The position numbers and the translations under genes were made by a program. A stretch of DNA of 64,000 bases from positions 95,294,001 through 95,358,000 of the forward strand of contig NC_135890.1 in NCBI RefSeq assembly GCF_964194155.1. The letters are read 5' to 3'. The stretch's first letter is position 1, and each line of letters begins with the position of its first letter. The stretch is from Cetorhinus maximus. Lineage: Eukaryota. A model generated the notes under the pieces. It was given only the letters and a program-made list of their open reading frames with translations, had not been told where the DNA came from and searched no databases. This document shows, in pieces, positions 11,101 through 23,100 of this stretch.

Positions 11101-14100
11101 GATCATGATGGGATCACTTATCTTATAGGCTATGTCCATGGTAATTTTATCATCTGGTACATCCTAGACAGTCTTTTGTAATCTTGCTCTGAAAGCTTGG
11201 CTTTATTTTGGCAACATTACAGTGTTTGACCTGAACACCCATTTACAGTAGCCTCGCAGAATTAAAACTACTTTGGTTGGAAATAGTTGATGCAGTTACA
11301 GAGTTTCCCAATTTGTAAAGTGAGAGGAACTGGACACAGGGGAAGGGACATTTATAGAGACAGGTACAGTTTTTAAGGTAAGTACAGCACTGAGTTTGGG
11401 TCAGATCTTAAAATGTAACCAATTTGCATTGAAATGGATCTTTTGCTGCTTGGATTATCTGCTGCAGCTGACTCCTTTGAGAAGTGAAAGGATCTGAACA
11501 GTGCCTAGTGATTGAAATTTAAGCCTGTGAAACTGCATAGGACTAGTAGATAACTGATGTGACAACCTAACTTTATTGTTTGACTGCATTGTGCTTATTA
11601 AGTGTAAAACTACATGTAAAGAAGCTGACATTTGGAACTTTCAGGAACGTGAGAGACAAGTAATCTTTGATTTGAATGAGTTAATTTTAGTTCACGTATA
11701 GCTGGAGAGTTTTTCAGTGTTGTCAGATGATATTTGCAGTGATAAATCTCATGAATACAGGATAATTATGTGGCTAATTATTGGTATCATTGGAACAAGG
11801 AGTAGGCCATTCAGCCCCTTGAACATGTATCGGTGTAACACACTAGTTTTTGATTTCAATATCTTGGGTTTGGTGTGTTGTAAAAAGCATTGAATGTTGA
11901 TAGCATGTTGCTTCACTTCTCCTAAGACATTCAAAGAATCGTTGCTTTTACAACCCACTATTAAATCTTTGTATTATAGTACCCATACTAACTCTTTTTG
12001 TTGCACTATTTTCCTGAAAGAACCAACTTCTTCTTAAAACAGGAACAAAGACGGGACTTAAAAGAGAAAAGTACCACCAAAAAACAAAAATCTTCTGATC
12101 AGCAAAGTGACAAGGAGCATGACAAAGGGAGGGAACGATTAAGTTCAACAGAAAATGGAGAAGACAGGCCAAAGCGAAAAGAAAAGAAACCTTCAAAAGC
12201 TCAAAGTTATTCAAGATCCAGGTCCAGAGAAAGGCAAGTATTAATATCATTAATGTGAATATTTTTAGCATTTGGACAATATCTTTGCCCCATTTCTAGG
12301 ATATGATATTGAAAAGTAATGCGTCTGCCTGATGCGGAGCCAGCCGCTTCTCAAAGCTTTAAATTTAAAAATGGATGGCTATTTCAGTTGAATGCCCCAG
12401 TTGCCTGGTTTCTCCAGGAGCATTCAGTTAAGATAGTTCTCAGGCATATGACTGGTTTTTCTTCTATGTAAACCTGAGTATATATTGTTTCTAATGGTGT
12501 ACTCTAGGCGGCACCGGAGTCGTGAAAAGAAGAAGTCACGTTCACGGAGCAAAGAAAAGAGGTCTCGGAGCCGAGACAAGCGGTCAAAAAGCAGAGACAA
12601 ACGCTCGAGGAGCTGGGACAGGCATTCGAGGAGCCGGGACAAGCGGTCCCGGAGCCTGGGCAGGCGCTCGAGGAGCCGGGGCAGGCGCTCGAGGAGCCGG
12701 GGCAGGCGCTCGAGGAGCCGGGGCAGGCGCTCGAGGAGCCGGGGCAGGCGCTCGAGGAGCCGGGGCAGGCGCTCGAAGAGCCGGGGCAGGCGCTCAAAGA
12801 GCCGGGGCAGGCGCTCAAGGAGCCGAGGCAGGCGGTCAAGGAGCAGAGAAAAAAAACGACGCATAAAATCTCGTTCAAGATCGCGATCGAGACACAGGAT
12901 ACACAGAAGTAGAAGCCGAAGCAAGTAAGTTCATTGCCCTGTTTTTCTTCCCAGTCATATAAAAACACAAAATATCTAACCTATTTAAAATAATTTTTTT
13001 TTTCGTATTCCGTTTTCTCCTGCCTTTTCTGGTCAAAAACTGTACTTCAATAAGGGAGTTAATCATCATCATCATTTTAACTCGAGTACTTGATGCACAT
13101 GTTTATCCACGAATGAGCTTTTCAGTAAGTGTTGACTTACAGCTAAGCCTCATCCTATCTTCACTTTGTATGAATGTGCACACTTATCGGTCAGGAATGA
13201 GAAGTATGGGTGTTTCGCTTCCCTAATCCAGAGCACTGTGGGAAATTTTACCACCCTATCGTTTCGCCAACTGAGATTAGCTAACTCTTTTAAGAACAGA
13301 AAATATATTAAACATATAGATTAAATATCATAATCTGTTTATATTACCTGACCGCCTATTCCATTATAAATTCCTATGTCCACATTTATAATAGAAACAG
13401 CCTATGAAAAGGCCACTTGATCTCATCTGTCTCTACGCAGCACCAGAGAAGATTGACGTTGGGCAGTGACTGCATGGGTTTGTAAGTAGCAATGGTATAG
13501 ACAGCAGAGAGTAGTGGTGAGTGGTTGTTTTTCAAACGGAGGAAAGAGTGAACTGGTTTTCTCTAGAGACTGATATTGGGACCACTGTTTTTGGTGCATT
13601 TATTTGCTGATAATACAGAGCTGGGAAATGCAGTAAGGAGGATAGTAACAAATTCCAGCGGAAGCATAGACTGAATGCTGAAATGGGCAAACACGTGGCA
13701 GAAGAAACTTACTGTAGAGAAGGTGTGGAACTGATTCAGTTTGGTAGAAAAAATGGGAAGAGACCAAAGAAAACTAAATGTTACAGTTTTGAAGGGGGTG
13801 CAGGAATGGGAGGTGCACTTTAGAAAGGATGTAAAGGCCTGAGAGAGGGTGTAGAAGAGATTTATTTGAATGGTGCAAGAGATGAAAGGCTTCATTATGT
13901 GGAAAGACTAGAGAAACTGGGTTTCTCTTCCAAGTAGTAGGATTTTTGATCGTGTAAAGAGAAACTGTTTATCAGTTTTTGAGGTGGCAGGGAGGTTGAG
14001 AAAGCAGTTTAAAAAGGCGTACAGGATAGTTGGCTTTATACTTAAAACCATAGAGTGCAAAAGTCAAGCGTTCTGCTAAGACTTTATAACACTCTGGCTA

Positions 14101-17100
14101 GGCCCCAGCTAATGTATTGTGACCAAAAAAGGATGCCAAGGCCTTCCAAAAAGTGCAGAGGGGCATTTACTAGGATGATATGTGCTGAGAGAGTTCAATT
14201 ATGTGGAAGGACCAAAGAAACTTGGGCTGTTTGTCTTGGAGCAGAGAGAGATTTTGATAGAGTAAAGAAAAATAGTTATCAGTGGTTGAAGGGTCATCAA
14301 CCAGAGGACACAGATTTGAGGTAATTGGCAACAAGAGGCAATGTGAGGAGAGAAAACCTTACGCACCAAGTTGTTCTAGAATGCATTCTCTGAAGTTCAA
14401 ACACCTGCCCCAGCTCCTTGAAGCAAATTCAATAATTTTCAAACAGGAATTGGATAAATACTTGAAGGGGAAAAATTTGTAGGCCATGGGGAATGAGCAG
14501 CAGAGAAAGACTAATTGGTTAGCTCCTTCAAAGGACCAGTGCAGGAACAATGGCCCAAATGCTGCCTCCTGTATTGTACTTCTATAACTTGTAATGAATG
14601 AACTTGCTTTTAGTCATTTTTGTTTCTTAATGGAAATGTATTTCTTATAAGACCATATGGGTCAGCAAAATCAGTGTATTAAATATACTTTTGTGTTTCT
14701 ACTGCATTCCCAGCCTGTAACTTTTCATCCCAATCATTTAAAAAACACCAAATATATGTGTAAATGTTTTAAGGCAGGAACATAGAAACAAAAACGAGCA
14801 GGGGATGGGAAACCAGTTAAGGGAGGTTACTGAAGAGTCTGAATGATCAAAAGGATCCAGTAGCACTTTGGGTTGTGATCTCTTGAGCCACTTCCCTGAC
14901 AGGGATCTTTCATTTCCCACCACTGCCAAACCCAGAAATCCTTTACCTCTTCTGCTGGACACCCTTTCTATGTCCACAGATCACTCCACATTCCAGAGCT
15001 TTTTGATACCAAAGATTCTCCATGTTTGATTCAACAGATTTCAAGTGTCACACTCAGCTCCCTCTATTAGCAAATGCAATTTCTTATAAAGAAAAGCATA
15101 AAGAAACAAAGGGGGACATTCTGAATGTAAATTGAAATTCTCTGGGAACACTGGAGTCGGAAATTGGCAACTTACTAATTATATTAGAAAGAAAAAACAA
15201 CCTATAGCTATAACATGCAATACGAATATTATTTATAAAATTTGAGCACGTGAATAATTTGGAAAACTAATTGCAGGAACTACTCAATAGATACAAATTC
15301 ATCCCTTTCACATACTTTTGATACTTGGGCTTAATCATTTCCTCAAGTTAAATTCTATATCTATTTAATGTATTCACTATATGATATTTTTTGAAAGTCT
15401 CAACAGAAATCCAGAAATGACAGAACACAAGCAAACTATAAAGATTGGTACTGGTTATGAAATTTGCTCAATTTTTACTGTTTTAGATCTTAGTGGCTTC
15501 CAAAGAGAATCAAATGAGGATGATGAGTTTTCATTTTTGATATAGTGCTCTTTTGAATGAATTAAATCATAAATGAAGATTTATATTGTAGAGAAAAAAG
15601 AAAACGCAAGTTCAGTAGAAGCAGAAGTCGTAGTCGGACTCCCCCAGCATTCAGGGGTCGCAATGCTGCCATGGATGCTCAGGAAGCATTAGCTCGGAGG
15701 TAACTTCTGTTTCTTCTCATTTTTAATTAGGTAACTTTGGTTATGAGTTTTTGTTTGGTTCCATGCAACCCTGTAATTTCAATACATTTTCTTGTGCTTT
15801 TGGTCCCGACATGAAAAATTTATTGCTGTATCAAAAGATTTTTTTCCCTCTGCCTATTTGTCTGCAAATTTGTAGCATTGGCCAGAGAGGGAACTCTTCA
15901 GTTAGCAACATTTGTACATTCCATACAGTAGTGATTGACAGGTGAATCCCTTACAGCCCAGAAAATTATTTTCATTTGGTTTTAATATGTCTGTGCTACT
16001 GATAATTCCAAAGCAGAACTTCTCAGTTAGCAACAGCATGCAAGTATTAAGTCGTCTTTATGATTGAGCTGCCATTTCCTGGTGTCCAAATTTGAAGTGG
16101 CTGCTTTTAACCTACAAGGTGCTGCTCAATATGATTCTTTATCAAAGTGAGTTTTTTGAATTGGCCTGAACATGTAAAGCATCACTAAGACAAAATGATT
16201 CAGATTAACTGTCTGAATCTATTGTATTGTATCAATGTAGGCTGTTTGTTCAAAAGTTCACTTTACAAATAAGTGCATACTGGCTGCAGTGATGCTGAAC
16301 TTATTTTAAAATTACCTGTTCTATTGAGTTCGCATTGCATCAGTGTTTTCGTATATAGCGATTTCATTGTAGAATTATTTGCACTAAGTTATCTGTCAGC
16401 GTCTGTGCAGCTTGTGATCTGACTTAGCTGAGACGGCTGCTCAAGCCTTGAAGCCAGCCAACTTATTCAGTATTTTCTATTCATTAGTTAATTTGTAAGA
16501 ATTTAATATGATCAGTTTTCCATTTAATAGCTGCAGCTTTACTGAAAAGTATTATCTGTTTTGGCACCTCTATTCAGAAGTGTACCGGTAAGAAGTTAAA
16601 TTTAGATTAGTGTTGATTATGAAATATGAATTCTGTTTCACAAAGTACATTGACTGCAGCTTAGAGGCACTGTAGCTGCTTTTCTTGTGCATATTGTAAA
16701 GGTCAGCTTTCACAGGCAAACTCCTGCTCCTTAGAATTGAAACATGCCCATATACACACATTAATCCGAGAGTGTACCTCATGGGGCAACAATGAACCCC
16801 AACTCTATGGAAGTACACCCTAGAAAAACAAATAACTACTACACACTTCTAATTTCTATGTCTGGCCAAATAACACTGACGGCCCATATATCTTGCTGTG
16901 AATTGAATCAGATTAATCTTGGGCCAGTATCCATGTTGCGAAGTTGATGCATGCAACTGGACATTCATGAAGTATTTGACTTTCCTGGCTCAGTTGCCTA
17001 GCAAAACAAATCTTTTGCAGGCAAGGATTGTCAATCCCCAACCATCCCTGCATGGTCTGGAAATATTTAACTAAAAATATAACTCACTCGCCAAGTTAAA

Positions 17101-20100
17101 TAAAAATAGTGCTAAGCCTTATCTGAAGCATGCAATGATAACTATGGAAGAGAATTGTTCCGATGCCAAGACAAAAATGTAGACGTGTTAGCAGTCAAAA
17201 TAATAATTGGTAATTTCTAATTCTTTGAATCCCAGGCTTGAAAGAGCAAAGAAGCTTCAAGAGCAAAAAGAAAAAGAGCTACTGGAGAAACAGAAAGTGG
17301 AACAACCAGATGTTGCAGGTAATTCTTAATTCATGCAATTAATTACCAAATGTATATATGCTAATTTTAAGGTCCACAGACTAATTCAAGTAGAAATGAA
17401 AAATTACATGGAAATAAATATAAAGCTTTCATATCTAAGTGATATTTATGGAATATTGGTTGAGTTATCAGTCTCTTGTGTTTGAGATGGGGAAGCGAGG
17501 ATGTTTGTGCACTGCAATTTAAAATTTGCAGAAAATCAGTTTCCACTTCACTGCAACAATTGGCACCTAAAGCAGTTACTTTGGCAGATTGGCTTCATAG
17601 TACACTTGAAATTTGAAAGCAAACTCCCCTGTAGTTGTAGGCTTCATGGCAGGAATGAAATCCCATCACTGGGGTGTATCTCTGGCTTCCAGGAAAATAA
17701 ATGACAAACAGGGCTTTTCTGCAGCAATCCATATCATGGCACTTTGATGTCATTGGAGTTGTAAATCAGCTTTGGAATTGGGGGGCACAGTGTGCCAGTG
17801 TGGATTGTTCTTTGCTTTTCTTTGTGCAATATAATTAAAAGAAGAAAATAATATCGATATAATTGCACAATTATTCCTGTAGAATTTTTGCTACATATAG
17901 TTGTATCATGTTTAAAAATTGTAGCCATGGCTTTTATACTACTGCCAATTAATTCCCAACCATCGGTCATGAAAGAAGTATTTGAACATGGAATTTAAGC
18001 ATGAGATTTTGTGTTACCTAATACTGTGATACTTCATGAAATATAATAAATAGATGAGTCTATAAGTAATGTAGTAGGAAACATTCATCCTTGGTTTTGA
18101 TTGTTAATTATAATTTATTTCATCATTAATATTTGCATTTTGCACTTCCCAGTTCCCATTCTTTACAAAACAATTTAAAATTGGAGTCTGAAAGTAGTAA
18201 AATATAAACATTGTCACTAATTTAGAGATAATTTGCAGTCCTCTGGTCATGTGAGACAAGAGAAGTAACATGTTAACCTTGGAGCAATAAATACTAGAAT
18301 ATCACCTCATAGTGTTCCTTGATAATTGTTACATATAACCAAAATGTGCATGCAAAACAGAAACTGCAGTAATATTTAAAATTAGATTTTGAAAAAACAA
18401 AGTTGATGAATACTATTGAAAAATAAGCACTATTTATTTTCAACAGATACAACAAATGGATCACTTGTAAGTGTCAACCAGCCAACAGGTAGGAAACTTA
18501 ATATCTGTTAGCAAAATATATCATTTTGCAATCACGTTTGCATTTAATTTCAAAATACTCCAGTTGCCTGAGCTTCTTATATGCAATTAATCTTTTAGTT
18601 TTAACTTGTAAGGGAGCTGTTATTTGAGTGCAAAACTCACAGCCAGATGCATTGGTGTTATTTTGTTTTTTGTCTTAGCATTTTCTTTAAGTCAAGTTTT
18701 TAAACAGTGGGTCAGGAATACTTGTCACTGTGCACCAATGCTCCTCACTACCAGTTCCATCTTCAGCTCTTGGCTGATGCTGATGCTACCTAGTTCGAAT
18801 TTCAAGATTATGCCACCATCCCCTAGGTTCATCCATTAGAGGAAATAGTTTCTACGTCTACCTTGGCAAACCCCTTTATAATTTTAGAGACTTCATTTAG
18901 ATCATTCCTCAACTTTCTAAATTTAAAATACAAACCAATTAATGCAACCTACCTTCCTTGTAAGTCAACCCTTTAAATCCCAGTATAAGTCATTGTATCT
19001 GCCCTTTACCCTCTTCTAAGGTCAGTATATCTTTCCTGCAATTTGGTGCCTAAAACTGAATTCAGTAATCCACATGGGGTCAGTACAAGGTTCTGTGCAA
19101 CTGAAGCATCACTGCTTTACTTTTGCATTCCAACTTCTTTGAATTAAAGGCCAACATTCCATTAGTCTTTTTGTGCCTGTTCACTAGCTTTTCGTTGTCT
19201 GTGCACATGAGCATCTAAATCCCTTAGCTCCCTTTTTAAATTCATTCTCAGGATGTGGGTATTGATGGCATGGTCAGCACTTGCTGCCAATGCCAAGTTG
19301 ATGGTCACGGTATCCATCTGGTGAAAGTGTTCCCAAACTACTGTATAGGAATTCCAGGATTTTGACTCAAGCACTGAAGGAACAGAAATACATGTCCATG
19401 TCAGGATGGTGTGTGATTTGGAGGTGTTAGTGTTCCCATGTACTTGCCACCCTTGTACTTAACAGAGGTGACCGGTTTGTTTGGTGTTGTCAAGGAAACT
19501 GTGGCATGGTGCTGCAGTGTATCCTGTAGATAATGTACGCTGCAGCTGCAGCATGATGAAGTGGATGATTAGATTATTGGATGAGGTACCAGTCAAATTG
19601 ACTGACTGATCTATCCTGGATGGTGTCAAGCATTGAGTGTTGTTGCAGCTTCACCAATTCAAGCAAGTGGGAAAGTAATCCATCACACACCTGATATGTT
19701 CCTTGTAGCTGGTAGAGAGACTTAGAGGAGTTAGGAGATGACCCAGTCTCTGGTGGGCTCTATTTAACAAGACATTTGTATGGTTGGATAAGTTCAGTTA
19801 CTAAGAAGTAGTGATCTCATGCTTTAGATGTTGATGATGGAGAATCCGTTGGTGACAATGCCACTGACTCAGGGGAGATGGTCAGGCTATCTCTGGCTCG
19901 AGATGATAATTGCCATTCGTCTAGTGTGAATGTTATCAGTCCAAGCCTGGATATGGTCTAGGTTGTGATGGATTGCTTCATTATGTGACAAATTATGAAT
20001 GGAGCTGAACATTTCTGAAATCATCAGCAAACATCACTTCTAATCTTGTGATGGGGGAGGATCAGTGATGAAGCAGCTGAAGATGTTGTGGTACAGGACA

Positions 20101-23100
20101 CTTCTGAGAAAAATAAAAACAAAATGCTGGAAAAACTCAGGTCTGGCAGCATCTGTGGAGATAGAAACAGAGCTAACGTTTCAAGTCCGTAAAACTCCTT
20201 CAGAGTTAAAGAAAAGTAGAAATGTGATGGATTTTATACCGTTTAAGAGGGGGTGGAGCAAAATAGAAGGTCTGGGATAGGTGGGAACTCATGAGAGATT
20301 GACAAAGTTGTCATGAACACAAGACAAAGGGAGTGTTAATGGTAGTGTAATAGACTAAAGAATGTGCTGATAGTGGCATAACGATAAGATAGCAGAATGT
20401 AGTAATAGCAGAACAAGGATTGGCGCTCTGTGAAAGCACAGAATAGAAGCAAGTGACAGATGGCCCTGTGTGGTGGGGGGTCGGGGGAGGTTTGGGGAAA
20501 AGGGTTTTTAAAATGAATGAATGAATAAATAAATAAATAAAAATAATAACAAATTGGATTAAAGAAGGGGTAAAGATGGAGGAGAGTTCGTGGTCTGAAG
20601 TTGTTGAACTCAAAAGTCCAGAAGGCTGTAATGTGCCTAATTGAAAGATGAGGTGCTGTTCCTCCAGTTTGCATTGGGCTTCACTGGAACATTGCAGCAG
20701 GCCAAGGATGGACATGTGGGCCTGAGAGTAAGATGGTATGTTGAAATAGCAAGCAACAGGAAGGCCTGGGTCATGCTTGCGGACTGAGCGAAGGTGTTCC
20801 GCAAAGTGGTCACCTAGTCTATTCTGAGAAACCCTTTCAGCAATAGTCTGGGACTTAAGAAGATCAGTTTCCAGCAACCTTCATTATCTCTTAGATCAGG
20901 TGTGACTCCAGCCAATGGAGAGTTTAACTCCTCAGTTACATTGGCTTTAGTTTTACTCAGATCGGTGACACACAGTTGTCAAATGCTGCCTTGATATCAG
21001 GAGCAGTCACTCTGATTTCCCCTCTTAACCATATTCAGTTAATTCTACTTGATATATGCAGGTATTTGAGCTATTCAGAGTTGAGTTTGTCTGAACAAAT
21101 ATATATATATTTCTTATGTTCTTAACAGTCAGTAGTGGATCAGTTCTCAATGTTGCTGCTCTTCTGGCATCTGGTACTCAAGTTACACCTCAGATTGCAA
21201 TGGCTGCACAAATGGCAGCACTCCAAGCCAAGGCACTGGCTGAAACTGGTATAGCTGTGCCTAGTTACTACAACCCAACTGCCGTCAACCCAATGAAGTT
21301 TGCAGAGCAAGAGAAGAAACGTAAACTTCTCTGGCAGAACAAGAAGGAAGGGGTGAGTTTGAATATAAGTTCTACTAGGTACATCAGTGCTGCACTGATG
21401 CTGTATGGCTTTCTGTGTTATACAAGATTTTAATACAAATATTAGTTCATTTTTACGCATGCACTCTTTTTTTCAGATTTTCCATTCTCTACCCAATCTC
21501 ACAACTGTTGTGCTTAATTTCATCATTCACCTAGCTTGATGGATTGCCTCCTCATTCCCAGGAATCTGCTATTACCATTTCTACTGGCTCTGAGAAAATT
21601 TGCCCATCCTTATATTATTTTTGTTCTGTAAATGTGGAAGAATTTTGATTTGTTTCTTACTCGCTGGAATCACAAAGCAATACAAAGTGTTTTCCTTCTG
21701 TGATTAGTTTAATCCTGAATCAGGAAATTTACTCTTGCTACACAAAATACAAATTCTGTTCAAAACAGGCTTTAGTTTTAAATTTGATTCTCTTGCATCA
21801 TGTATCTGTTAAGTGGGGAAGATCAATGTCTTAGGACTGGAAGTAAAAGAAACTCCAAGCTTGCAAGTGTTACCAAATCAAGTGAGACTGTAAACAACAC
21901 ATAATAGCTGATTAAATAATAACTCAGGTGGCTAATTCCAGCTATGAGAAGAGGATACAGGAGCTAAGAAATATATTTAAATTGGTGAAGAGAAGACTCA
22001 GATAAAAAAACAGAAACATTCACTTCCTAAATCGCACTGACAAAATAAACAATATATTTAACAAGGTCACTGATTCTACAGCAAGATAGTGGTGAAAGGA
22101 TTTTAAATTTAACTGCTGTACACATGGGATGGTTACTGTGTTTAAATAAATGTTATGGGAACAGTGGGGGCTTAGTGTATCAGCAAGTTGAGATTTGGAA
22201 AAATAGCTGGAGAAAAATTTGATGAAGGTTATAAGTTTTTTTAAAAATTCATTCACGGGATGTGGGCTTCGCCAGCTGGGCCAGCATTTATTGCCCATCC
22301 CTAGTTGCCCTTGAGAAGATGGTGGTGAGCTGCTGTCTTGAACCGCTGCAGTCCTTGTGGTGTAGGTACACCCACAGTGCTGTTAGGGAGTTCCAGGATT
22401 TTGACCCAGCAACAGTGAAAGAATGACAATATTTTTCCAAGTCAGGATAGTGAGTGACTTGGAGGGGAACTTCCAGGTGGTGGTGTTCCCATCTATCTGC
22501 TGCCCTTGTCCTTCTAGATGGTGGTGGTCGTGGGTTTGGAAGGTGTGTCCAAGGAGCCTTGTTGAATTCCTGCAGTGCATCTTGTAGATGGTACACACTG
22601 CTGCTACTGTGCATCAGTGGTGGGGGGTGTGAATGTTTGTGGATGTGGTGCCAATCAAGCGGGCTTCTTTGTCCAGGATGGTGTCAGGCTTCTTGAGTGT
22701 GGGAACTGCACTCATCAAGGCAAGTGGGGAGGGTGGAATTCCATCACACTCCTGACTTGTGCCTTGTAGATGGTGGACAGGCTTTGGGGAGTCAGGAGGT
22801 GAGTTACTCATGTCGCAGGATTCCTAGTCTCTGACTGCTCTTGTAGCCACAGTATTTATATGGCTAGTCCAGTTCAGTTTCTGATCAATGGTAACCCCAA
22901 GGATGTTGATGGTCATGCCATTGAACGTCAAGGGGCAATGTTAGATTCTCTCTTGTTGGAGATGGTCGTTGTCTGACACTTGTGTGGCACTAATGTTACT
23001 TGCCACTTGTCAGCCCAAGCCTGGGTATTATCCAGGTCTTGCCTCATTTGGACATGGGCTGCTTCAGTATCTGAGAAGTCGCAAATGGTGCTGGACGTTG

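Noticed and set aside
12424-12968. ORFs with LERLPRL, SSACPGS and GAGARGA repeats
   Set aside because: Other frames of the 21-bp RS repeat; no independent gene signals
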